Sequence record: MK799832.1
Length of the DNA: 64,000 bases
Strand: one strand, 5' to 3'
Shown: positions 9,807-18,043 of the stretch, piece by piece
Numbering within the stretch: position 1 is the first letter of the stretch
How the letters are laid out: each line of letters begins with the position of its first letter
Translations under genes and position numbers: made by a program
The notes under the pieces: model-generated
What the model was told of the DNA's origin: nothing
The model's input: only the letters and a program-made list of their open reading frames with translations
The model's database searches: none

Positions 9807-10465
9807 AAACATTAAGAGATTTCCTATCAGAAGCATACGATCCTGACCTCAAAGGTGCACAGATTCGTAGAACTGGTGAAGGTGGTAGGAAACAACCTAA
9901 GAGAGAAACTGAAACAAGAAGAAAGGCTGGTCAATCACCACGAATGAAGGCAGTTGGTGGTGGTAAGATGGCACCTGTTGGTGAATATAAGACTCGTAAA
10001 GACGTAGGTACAACTAAAGCACGTTCTGAAAGAGAACAACAACCTGAAAAGGAACGTGGTTCTGCAGAAGTCAAACAAACTTATGCGGATAAGGCAAAGG
10101 CAGAAAGAAAGGCAGCAGCAAGAGCACGTATTGCTGCAAGAAAGGCAGGTACTGAAGTTAAGAAAGACACAACATCATCGAAAGATGTTGAAAAGAAAGC
10201 AACACAGATGTTGAAGACTAAGAAGGCAGAACCTAAGAAGACTGAACCAGCAAAAGAACGTCGTAGTTGGAAGACTACAGACGGTGGTGGTATGACAAGA
10301 AAAGAAAGAGATGCTGCTCGTAATAAAGAGACTGGTAAGAGTAGAAAAGATGTAAAGTCACAACTTCGTGCTGACTTTGAGAAGAAACACGGTAGAAAAC
10401 CAAACAAGAAAGAGGCAATTCAACTGACTGCAAAGGCACATGCTGCAGCTAAGGCTCTAAAATGA
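9803..10465 (+). CDS. Lys/Arg-rich hypothetical protein
   Basis: MKTLRDFLSEAYD start; highly charged, low complexity. Confidence 0.65.
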   Translation: MKTLRDFLSEAYDPDLKGAQIRRTGEGGRKQPKRETETRRKAGQSPRMKAVGGGKMAPVGEYKTRKDVGTTKARSEREQQPEKERGSAEVKQTYADKAKAERKAAARARIAARKAGTEVKKDTTSSKDVEKKATQMLKTKKAEPKKTEPAKERRSWKTTDGGGMTRKERDAARNKETGKSRKDVKSQLRADFEKKHGRKPNKKEAIQLTAKAHAAAKALK

Positions 10466-10620
10466 CACAGAAGATGATGCGACTGTTTAATACAGTCACA
10501 GAAGCAAGATCTTATCTGAGAACTAACCATGGTATGACAATTGCGAGAGCAAAACAATATGTTGATAACCATACTACAATGAAAAATGGTAACAAAGTCT
10601 GGGTAGTTCTCCCCTGATAT

Positions 10621-10703
10621 TGGGCGGTCAACATGGCAGGGGTGTTAGGTTGACGTAAGACCCTTTTTATGGTATAAATATAATTACCCCTGTCAATAGA
10701 AGA
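10621..10703 (+). promoter_or_regulatory. Structured leader with T4-type late promoter
   Basis: GGG-CG-GTCAAC...GTTGAC-GTAAGA-CCC hairpin; TATAAATA 10673-10680; loop strand 10635-10644 complementary to 10685-10694. Confidence 0.6.
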
Positions 10704-11195
10704 ATGGACCCGTTTGAAAGTCTAAAGAACTTTGTCTGTGAAGATGACACAGACCACACACCATATGCAACTCCTGAAGGTATCGGACCAAGACGTGGTA
10801 TTCCATGGTCTGATGAAGAACGTGAGTTGCAAATAACCACTAATCCTTACTTTGACCGTGACAATCAGGTTGAAGCAGGAAAGAAAGGTGGTAAAATTAC
10901 AAGAGAAAATAACTTAGGTATCTTCAATCCTGAGTATGATAGAACTCCTGCGGCAAAACTTGGTGGGAGTAAGGGTTCTCGTGCCCAGATAGACAATAAT
11001 ATTGGTATCTGGGGGATGACACCTGAACAACAATCAGAGAGGTCAAAAAGAGGAGCCAAAACAACAACATCTCAACGATGGAAATGTTTAGTCACTGGCC
11101 ACATATCATCCCCTGGTGGTCTCTCTAACCATCAGAAGGGGTTAGGTATAGATTACAAGGACAAATCACTTCGCGTCAGAATTACTCACCTCTAA
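10704..11195 (+). CDS. Homing-endonuclease-derived protein lacking a recognisable nuclease motif
   Basis: GKKGG/KLGG repeats and QRWKCLVTGHISSPGGL tail as in phage HNH/GIY-YIG C-termini; no HNH or GIY-YIG motif visible. Confidence 0.45.
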   Translation: MDPFESLKNFVCEDDTDHTPYATPEGIGPRRGIPWSDEERELQITTNPYFDRDNQVEAGKKGGKITRENNLGIFNPEYDRTPAAKLGGSKGSRAQIDNNIGIWGMTPEQQSERSKRGAKTTTSQRWKCLVTGHISSPGGLSNHQKGLGIDYKDKSLRVRITHL

Positions 11196-11227
11196 AGGTC
11201 ACCTATAGTACGATACCACACTAAATT

Positions 11228-12109
11228 ATGACTTCCACACATATTGAGCACCCAGAGGATATGATTTTGACTGGCGATTTGTCGGTCTTTGATCTTCTGT
11301 ATGACCGAGCACATATCAGTATGAAAATGGATGGTATGTCACTTGTGTGGGGTACTAATCCTGCCAATGGTAAATGGTTCTGTTGCACGAAGTCCGCATT
11401 TAATAAGAAAAAGATCCGTCTGTGTTACTCTATTGACGACATCTTCACTCATTTTGGTCATCAAATCGAAGTTGTAGATATTCTGTCTCATTGTTTCAAG
11501 TATCTTCCTCGTACCGAGAAGATTTACTGGGGTGATTGGCTTGGTTTCGGTCGTACTGATGTGTTTACTCAGAACACTCTGACGTATGTCTTTGACGAAG
11601 CAATTGACCAGAAACTTGTCATCGCTCCTCACACAGTTGTTGACGTTCACGAGGAAATGTGGAAGAATGTGTGTTCACCTTTGATGGAAACATTTGAAGA
11701 CACCACTATGGTCAAGTGGGTGCAACCTTCTGTTGATCGTATTCCTCCCCAAGGATCTGTCCCTAAGATTAACCCTAAGGGTATCAAGTTTCTGACTGAT
11801 AAGGAAGCTGCTAAGGCTAAGACTGCTATCAACGCACTCATCAAATCTGGTCAGTATATTGATGACGCAACCCTGACTGACATTCTTGGTTGTCAACATC
11901 TCGCTAATCTGTATCAGTTTGTGATGGAAATCAAACTGGATATTATGGACAGTCTGATTGTCACCGACGCACCACAATCTTATCTTCCTAATGGTAAGAA
12001 ATGTAGTGGTGAAGGATATGTTTTCCACTCTAACACCTATGGATGTGTTAAACTGGTAGATCGTACCGAGTTTGCATATGCTAACTTCCATAATGGATAC
12101 GGTTCATAA
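11228..12109 (+). CDS. Ligase-like nucleotidyltransferase-fold protein
   Basis: KMDG (motif I), EGYVF (motif IV) and VKLV (motif V) in the expected order. Confidence 0.5.
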   Translation: MTSTHIEHPEDMILTGDLSVFDLLYDRAHISMKMDGMSLVWGTNPANGKWFCCTKSAFNKKKIRLCYSIDDIFTHFGHQIEVVDILSHCFKYLPRTEKIYWGDWLGFGRTDVFTQNTLTYVFDEAIDQKLVIAPHTVVDVHEEMWKNVCSPLMETFEDTTMVKWVQPSVDRIPPQGSVPKINPKGIKFLTDKEAAKAKTAINALIKSGQYIDDATLTDILGCQHLANLYQFVMEIKLDIMDSLIVTDAPQSYLPNGKKCSGEGYVFHSNTYGCVKLVDRTEFAYANFHNGYGS

Positions 12110-12152
12110 TTACTCACCTCCAAACGTCCACACTATTACATACACCACATAA

Positions 12153-13331
12153 ATGATCAAACTCCGCCCTCATCAACAGGACGCTGTTTACGCTCTTCGT
12201 AATAACTCTATCGGTCAAATCATTGTTCCTACTGGTGGCGGCAAGACTCTTATCGCTATCATGGACGCAGTGAGACGATTTGAGATAAAAGTTCCTCGCA
12301 CTATTGTTGTTGTCGCTCCTCGTATTCTGTTGGCAGAACAACTGTCATCAGAGTATCTGGAACATATCACCAATGCAAATGTTCTCCATGTTCATAGTGG
12401 AGAGACAAAACATTTCAGTACCACGAAGTCTGACCGTATCAAATTATTTGTTGATATGTGTCAAACTATGCGTGAACACGTTATTATCTTCACCACATAT
12501 CATTCTCTTCATCGTGTACAAGAGTCTGGTATTGCTGTAGATACGATTTACTTTGACGAGGCACATAACTCTGTTCAACGTAACTTCTACGGTCCCACTG
12601 AGTATTTCAGTAAGCATGCAGATCGTTGTTACTACTTCACTGCAACTCGTAAAACCAGTGTGACTGTGAAGAAACCAGGCATGAACTGGACTGAGACTTA
12701 TGGTCAAGTGATTGCACGTGTGTCTGCACCTGATCTGGTTCAGAATGGTTACATTCTTCCACCTAAGGTCAAGGTGATTGAGATGGATAAGATTGACAAA
12801 AAGTCTCTCACTCCTCATCTTGAGGGTAACAATGTCCTCGCATCTATTGACCAGATTGACATCAAGAAGATTCTGGTTTGTGTTAAGACCACACGACAGT
12901 TACAGAACCTGTTCATGACTGATTTCGCTGATCAGTTGACAGAACGTGGTTACTCTTATCTGTATATCACCGCCAAGACTGGTGCTGTTATCGATGGTCA
13001 GAAAGTATCTCGTGAAGAGTTTTTCAATACTCTGAATGCATGGGGTCGTGACAAGTCAAAGAAATTTGTTGTCCTTCACCGTTCTATTCTGTCTGAAGGC
13101 ATCAACGTGTCTGAACTTGAGGCGGTTATCTTCCTTCGTAACATGGACAGTATTGAGCTTCTTCAAACTGTCGGACGTGTCATTAGGGTTGGTTCTTCTA
13201 CTAAAACCTACGGTATGCTCTGCGTCCCTGTCTACAATCAGGTAGGACTTTCCACTCAAAAGTCTCTCCAGCGTTGTGTTGATATTGTGTTTGAGAAGGG
13301 AGAAATGCTTGACAGTGTAACTCGTAAATAA
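12153..13331 (+). CDS. SF2 DExH helicase
   Basis: PTGGGKT Walker A, FDEAH, FTAT, LSEGIN, QTVGRVIR. Confidence 0.9.
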   Translation: MIKLRPHQQDAVYALRNNSIGQIIVPTGGGKTLIAIMDAVRRFEIKVPRTIVVVAPRILLAEQLSSEYLEHITNANVLHVHSGETKHFSTTKSDRIKLFVDMCQTMREHVIIFTTYHSLHRVQESGIAVDTIYFDEAHNSVQRNFYGPTEYFSKHADRCYYFTATRKTSVTVKKPGMNWTETYGQVIARVSAPDLVQNGYILPPKVKVIEMDKIDKKSLTPHLEGNNVLASIDQIDIKKILVCVKTTRQLQNLFMTDFADQLTERGYSYLYITAKTGAVIDGQKVSREEFFNTLNAWGRDKSKKFVVLHRSILSEGINVSELEAVIFLRNMDSIELLQTVGRVIRVGSSTKTYGMLCVPVYNQVGLSTQKSLQRCVDIVFEKGEMLDSVTRK

Positions 13332-13425
13332 TAATGTGGGCAGTCAGTGTGTCTTGGCGGGTAAATTGACGTAAGTCCCACATTATGATAAAATTCTAAA
13401 TAGTAATGTCATCGCCAAGACACAC
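13331..13425 (+). promoter_or_regulatory. Structured leader with late promoter sequestering the HNH start region
   Basis: Perfect 10-bp stem 13331-13340/13377-13386; perfect 13-bp match 13347-13359/13413-13425; TAAATA 13397-13402. Confidence 0.7.
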
Positions 13426-13908
13426 ATGAGAAATTATCAACTCCCTTCACAGGGTAGGTTACAGGAACTTTTCGCCTACCAAGATGGTGAACTTATCTAC
13501 AAAAAATGTAGGGGAAGACAACCTGCAGGTTCTATTGCAGGGACTAAACATCACACTGGATATTATCAAATATCTGTGGATAAGAAGATATATTTAAAGC
13601 ACAGATTGGTGTATCAGTATCATTATGGTGACTTAGAGCAGGAACAACAAATAGACCATATTGATAGAAACAAAAGTAATAACAGAATAGAAAACTTACG
13701 AGCAGTTGACCAAACACAGAATAATTACAATACTAAAGTAAGAAACAATAATGAATTAGGTGTCAGAGGTGTATCGACCGCACATAGTGGTAGATATTAC
13801 TCTCGTATTGCACATGAAGGTAAAACTGAATATTTGGGGATATATGATACTATTGAAGAAGCCCACCAAGTATATCTAAATGCATTACACAAACTCACAC
13901 ATCCTTGA
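13426..13908 (+). mobile_element. HNH homing endonuclease with AP2-like C-terminus
   Basis: HRLVY...IDHIDRNKSNNRIENLR; GVRGVS...YLGIYDTIEEA. Confidence 0.85.
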
Positions 13909-14060
13909 TTGTAAACCAGGAACATTACCTATCATTGTGGGTGATGGTTATCTGGCTGCAATTCCACTGGTTGGTTCAACAACTAAACTTGTGGTTGTTC
14001 ACAATGGTGTGGTGGTTAAAGTATGTCGTAACAGACAATCTGCGATGACATTGATTAGAA
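13880..14060 (+). pseudogene. Small hypothetical gene cut by junction
   Basis: Reads ...VCRNRQSAMTLIRK, then sequence switches to nrdB in another frame. Confidence 0.5.
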
Positions 14061-14477
14061 AATCAACACCTTGCCATCACTCAGAACATCCTGAACAAGT
14101 GGAGATCAGGTGATGATCCTGAGATGCAACAGATCATGAAGGAAGAAGAAGAGTGGTTGTATGCCATGTTTGACAAGGCTGTCAACGAAGAGAAGAGATG
14201 GGCTGACTATCTCTTCAGAGATGGAAGTATGATTGGTTTGAATGACACACTTCTGAAGAAGTATGTTGAGTGGGTTGCCAATCGCAGAATGAAAGCAATT
14301 GGTCTTAAGCCCGTGTACGATGTCGCTGCAAAGAACAATCCTCTCCCTTGGACACAACATTGGATCTCTTCTAAGGGTCTTCAAGTCGCACCGCAGGAGA
14401 CGGAGGTAGAGAGCTACGTGGTTGGTGGTATCAAACAAGATGTCAAGAAAGACACATTCTCAGGATTCAAGCTTTGA
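14058..14477 (+). pseudogene. nrdB: Ribonucleotide reductase class Ia beta subunit, 3' fragment only
   Basis: ENQHLAITQNILNKW...EKRWADYLF...APQETEVESY; no 5' two-thirds and no nrdA upstream. Confidence 0.9.
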
Positions 14478-14580
14478 TGATTGGAATGATTACGCAATAG
14501 GACTTTACATCCAATATTGTAGAGAAATCAAAGCCAAAAAAATTGATGACTACATATTTCAGGACTATGAAGAAGACTGA

Positions 14581-15003
14581 GTGTGTGACTACGAGAACCC
14601 CTGGTACTTTGAAGGTAAACCCTTTACCTCTGATTCTATTGGGGACAACTTTGGCTTTGTTTATCTCATTACCAATAACGTCAACGAGCGGTGTTACATT
14701 GGTAGAAAGTATTTTTGGTCGTTTAGAAAACCAAAAGGTAAGAGTAGAAAAGTAAAGTCAGAATCTGACTGGAAAAAATATTATGGATCTTGTCCAGAAC
14801 TAAAGGAGGATGTTACTCTTCTGGGCAAGGATAAATTTTCTCGTAAGATTTTGTCCCTACATAGTACGAAGGGAAAGGTTAATTTTGAGGAGACCAGACA
14901 ATTGTTCCTCAATGAAGTCCTGTCTCAAAGGTTGACAGATGAGACACCCTTGTACTACAATTCCAACATCCTTGGTCGATATTACCGCAAGGATTATTTT
15001 TGA
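14581..15003 (+). CDS. GIY-YIG-family nuclease
   Basis: GFVYLITN..N...YIGRK, YYGS, LYYNSNI. Confidence 0.7.
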   Translation: MCDYENPWYFEGKPFTSDSIGDNFGFVYLITNNVNERCYIGRKYFWSFRKPKGKSRKVKSESDWKKYYGSCPELKEDVTLLGKDKFSRKILSLHSTKGKVNFEETRQLFLNEVLSQRLTDETPLYYNSNILGRYYRKDYF

Positions 15004-15052
15004 GTCACCCAAATCTTTGATGGGAGGTGAATGTCGAATTCTATTTAATTTA

Positions 15053-15658
15053 ATGTTTAAAAAACTTCTTCCATTTGCATTGGCAACTATTATTCCTTCG
15101 GCTTGTGCATATGCCACAACTGATGAGATTAAAAATCCACCATCTGTGGATGTGACTGTGAATGAAGAGAAGGCTGTTCCCATCGAAGTTGTAAGGAAGA
15201 CATGGGATTGTCCTGATTGCAGTCCTAATGAGAGATATGTTCTCGCACAACTTCAAGAACAGACTCGTATCACTGATCGTAATGCACTTGCAACGATCAT
15301 GGGTAACATCAGGTCAGAAAGTAACTTTCATCCTAACATCTGTGAAGGTGGTGCAAGAGTAAATTATAACCAGTGTCATGCTGGTGGTTATGGTCTGATT
15401 CAATGGACTTCTATTGGTCGTTATCGTGGTCTCGGAAACTTTGCCGCTAAATATAAATGTAACCCGAGTGCACTAGACTGTCAGGTTCGTTACATGGTGA
15501 ACGAGAGCCAGTTCCAAAAGGTGCTACCTGAGTTCGAAGGTGGTGGTCTAACTGTGAGACAATACATGGTACCCTCCTACTACTGGTTGGGTTGGGGTAT
15601 CAAGGGATACCGTGAACACTATGCATATGACTACACTAAACGAATGATTTTGGTATGA
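15053..15658 (+). CDS. Lysozyme-like (phage tail lysozyme-type) protein with signal-like N-terminus
   Basis: IMGNIRSES catalytic-Glu motif, GYGLIQWT. Confidence 0.65.
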   Translation: MFKKLLPFALATIIPSACAYATTDEIKNPPSVDVTVNEEKAVPIEVVRKTWDCPDCSPNERYVLAQLQEQTRITDRNALATIMGNIRSESNFHPNICEGGARVNYNQCHAGGYGLIQWTSIGRYRGLGNFAAKYKCNPSALDCQVRYMVNESQFQKVLPEFEGGGLTVRQYMVPSYYWLGWGIKGYREHYAYDYTKRMILV

Positions 15659-16047
15659 TTAAGAAGATTAAGACTAAACTCAAATCAATCTATAATATCT
15701 TTATTCCTAAAAGTGAAGGTATTATTAAAAAGGTTGTCAGTAAGGTAAAGAAACCTATTGCAACCTTCAGGTCTGTTCCTGCACCTGTCATTCTTCCTGA
15801 GGATCCGTGGTTTGGAAAACCAGTCCTCACCAAAAAGGCCCTTGACAAACAGAAGGAGATCGACCATAATAAGAAGGTCGAGAGGGAGACCACCCACCAG
15901 GTCGAGTCACCAAACATTCATCAAGAGATGTATGAATTGGCGACTAAGAACTGGAACACTGTCAAAGAGACACAAGGAGGTTCTGAGAACTTCCATGAAG
16001 GTCCAGGTGGTTGGAACTCTGGAACAGGTAATAACCAGTTCCGTTGA
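15655..16047 (+). CDS. Hypothetical protein
   Basis: ATGA overlap; ORF track. Confidence 0.55.
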   Translation: MIKKIKTKLKSIYNIFIPKSEGIIKKVVSKVKKPIATFRSVPAPVILPEDPWFGKPVLTKKALDKQKEIDHNKKVERETTHQVESPNIHQEMYELATKNWNTVKETQGGSENFHEGPGGWNSGTGNNQFR

Positions 16048-16100
16048 CTGCTGTAACCCCCTTGGTAGTTCAGGGTTAGAGGCGATAGGAACTACCACTT

Positions 16101-16174
16101 GACTCAATAGCTCAGCTGGATAGAGCAACTGCCTTCTAAGCAGTCGGTCGTAGGTTCGAATCCTACTTGAGTCG
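16101..16174 (+). tRNA. tRNA-Arg(TCT)
   Basis: Cloverleaf, anticodon loop CT-TCT-AA, GGTTCGAATCC T-arm. Confidence 0.95.
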
Positions 16175-16175
16175 T

Positions 16176-16385
16176 TGGAGATTGATCATCTCCATAGGGT
16201 ATGACAGAAAAGTTGGTGTGGTCAAGCACCCAACATTGTATAGTAAGGAAGGCTGTGGTGGCCACCATGTGACCTGGAGACAGGAGGCATGAGAACCCAT
16301 ACCAAGGGTCCTGAAAGTTCAGAGGTATCATTAACATTAGTGAGACCCCTCTGTTGAAGGTATAATGTAATCCTTCTACCCACCC
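16176..16385 (+). ncRNA. Structured ncRNA between tRNAs, probably manA RNA motif
   Basis: Several hairpins (GGAGAT/ATCTCC, GTTGG/CCAAC, CAGAGG/CCTCTG, GAAGG/CCTTC) and GGTATG/CATACC pairing; manA RNAs are known beside cyanophage tRNAs; not confirmed by covariance search. Confidence 0.5.
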
Positions 16386-16387
16386 AT

Positions 16388-16462
16388 GCCTCCGTAGCTC
16401 AGTGGTAGAGCAGGGCTTTTGTAAAGCTCAGGTCGCAAGTTCAAATCTTGTCAGAGGCTCCA
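16388..16462 (+). tRNA. tRNA-Thr(TGT)
   Basis: Cloverleaf, TT-TGT-AA loop, encoded CCA. Confidence 0.95.
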
Positions 16463-16535
16463 GGGGAATTAGCTCAGTTGGTAGAGCACCTGCTTTGCAA
16501 GCAGGCTGTCAGGAGTTCGAGTCTCCTATTCTCCA
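16463..16535 (+). tRNA. tRNA-Ala(TGC)
   Basis: Cloverleaf, TT-TGC-AA loop. Confidence 0.95.
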
Positions 16536-16551
16536 TCCTCCTAGGAGGTTT

Positions 16552-16752
16552 ATGAGTAAAGAGTATACGTTCGGGGGTCTTGACAGATCTTCAATCAATA
16601 TGTTAAGATTGATCAGTGAACTTGAGGGTTCTTTTCAACTCCTTAAATACATGGGGTACGAAGAGGACATGAATACCATTTCAGAAATGAAACAACGGTA
16701 TTACAAACTTTACTTCAAGACCGCCAAAGAGGAGAAATCCAATGACCTATAG
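16552..16752 (+). CDS. Hypothetical protein within tRNA cluster
   Basis: AGGAGG RBS before ATG 16552; stop overlaps the tRNA-Asn 5' end. Confidence 0.65.
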   Translation: MSKEYTFGGLDRSSINMLRLISELEGSFQLLKYMGYEEDMNTISEMKQRYYKLYFKTAKEEKSNDL

Positions 16753-16815
16753 CTCAGTTGGTAGAGCAGCTGACTGTTAATCAGCCTGTCCCAGGTTCGA
16801 GCCCTGGTGGGTCAG
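16743..16815 (+). tRNA. tRNA-Asn(GTT)
   Basis: Cloverleaf, CT-GTT-AA loop. Confidence 0.95.
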
Positions 16816-16818
16816 TTA

Positions 16819-16900
16819 GGGTGGTTGTCCGAGTGGTTAAAGGAGATGGACTGTAAATCCATTGGCTCTGCCTACCTTGGTTCAAATCCAAGACCACCCA
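16819..16900 (+). tRNA. tRNA-Tyr(GTA)
   Basis: Long variable arm, CT-GTA-AA loop. Confidence 0.93.
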
Positions 16901-16906
16901 CCTTGA

Positions 16907-16978
16907 GGGAGTTTAGCGCAGCGGTAGCGCAGTTGCTTTACACGCAATTGGTCACAAGTTCGAATCTTGTAACTCCCA
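16907..16978 (+). tRNA. tRNA-Val(TAC)
   Basis: Cloverleaf, TT-TAC-AC loop. Confidence 0.93.
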
Positions 16979-17000
16979 TATCGAATTACAAACATGACCC

Positions 17001-17249
17001 ATGATTACTGTAAGATGCAAACAGTGTAACAAAGAAATCCGAAGTGACCATCACATACATTGTTGTGGTTGTCCCAATATGATGACGGTAATTGAAGACA
17101 AGGTTACAGCAGTTGACTTGTCTAAAGTAGTGATGGTAGAATCTAACAAGGAACCAATTTCAAAAGGTGTCCTTAGTAACTCCGATCTCTCCTATCAGGA
17201 AGAGAGGAGAAAAAGAAAGGTGAGGAGACTTGATTTTGAAGTTCGTTGA
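17001..17249 (+). CDS. Zinc-ribbon hypothetical protein
   Basis: CKQC...CCGCPN. Confidence 0.6.
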   Translation: MITVRCKQCNKEIRSDHHIHCCGCPNMMTVIEDKVTAVDLSKVVMVESNKEPISKGVLSNSDLSYQEERRKRKVRRLDFEVR

Positions 17250-17787
17250 AGTCAAAGATAACATCTATCGTATCAAGAGTATACTTGATACAAAGGATTT
17301 CTTTTCACTGAACGACGAACTTAATTCAAAATACAATACCTGGAGATTTACCAAAAACGATAGTTATGAGGAAGACCATCCCAACATGGGATGTTTGATG
17401 AAACCATTATCAAAATTCAATACTATTGGTGATAACCTTACACTGATTAAGTATGGTACTCTACTCAAGTATCAGTGTCAGAAAATTATCAAACAAAATC
17501 TGACATTAAATAGAGTTAATACCAACATTCAGTTTTTTGGTCAAGAGTCTACCTTTCATACTGATGGCTCATTTGGAAGTTGGACTCTTTTAATTTTTGC
17601 GAATCCTTCTTGGAATAGTGTATGGGGAGGTGAGTTTGTTGTAATGACTGAAGACAAAGAATATCTTTATCAATCATTCATTCCTAACGACGCAGTGTTA
17701 TTCCCTGCACATTTGGAACACATGGGGTTTGCTCCTAATGTTCTTTGTAAACATCCAAGAATGACAATCGCATATACTTATACTTGA
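17230..17787 (+). CDS. 2OG-Fe(II) oxygenase
   Basis: FHTDG...WGGEF...PNDAVLFPAHLEH...RMTIA. Confidence 0.8.
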   Translation: MILKFVEVKDNIYRIKSILDTKDFFSLNDELNSKYNTWRFTKNDSYEEDHPNMGCLMKPLSKFNTIGDNLTLIKYGTLLKYQCQKIIKQNLTLNRVNTNIQFFGQESTFHTDGSFGSWTLLIFANPSWNSVWGGEFVVMTEDKEYLYQSFIPNDAVLFPAHLEHMGFAPNVLCKHPRMTIAYTYT

Positions 17788-17824
17788 CAACCACACTAGA
17801 TGTGGTATGATAGATAAGACACAC

Positions 17825-17913
17825 GGAAGAATGGCAGAGTGGTTGATTGCACCAGTCTTGAAAACTGGAGAGGTTAGTAGCCTCCGCGAGTTCGAATCTC
17901 GCTTCTTCCTCCA
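17825..17913 (+). tRNA. tRNA-Ser(TGA)
   Basis: Long variable arm, CT-TGA-AA loop, encoded CCA. Confidence 0.93.
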
Positions 17914-17987
17914 CGGAATGTAGCTCAGCTTGGTAGAGCACTGCTTTTGGGAAGCAGGGGTCGCACGTTCGAATCGTGTCATTCCGA
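17914..17987 (+). tRNA. tRNA-Pro(TGG)
   Basis: Cloverleaf, TT-TGG-GA loop. Confidence 0.93.
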
Positions 17988-18043
17988 CTGAATAAATACT
18001 AGAAGGATTATACCATCTAGATGGAACCCATAAGAATCTGATT

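Noticed and set aside
16054-16096. Theta/HDV-like ribozyme beside tRNA
   Set aside because: Only 1 nt separates the candidate P2 and P1 strands, leaving no P3/L3, and it lies 5' rather than 3' of the tRNA
16402-16551. 5' extension of ORF 16402..16752, plus ORFs 16104..16337, 16807..17004 and 17698..18087
   Set aside because: They overlap tRNA genes; the real start is ATG 16552 with an AGGAGG RBS
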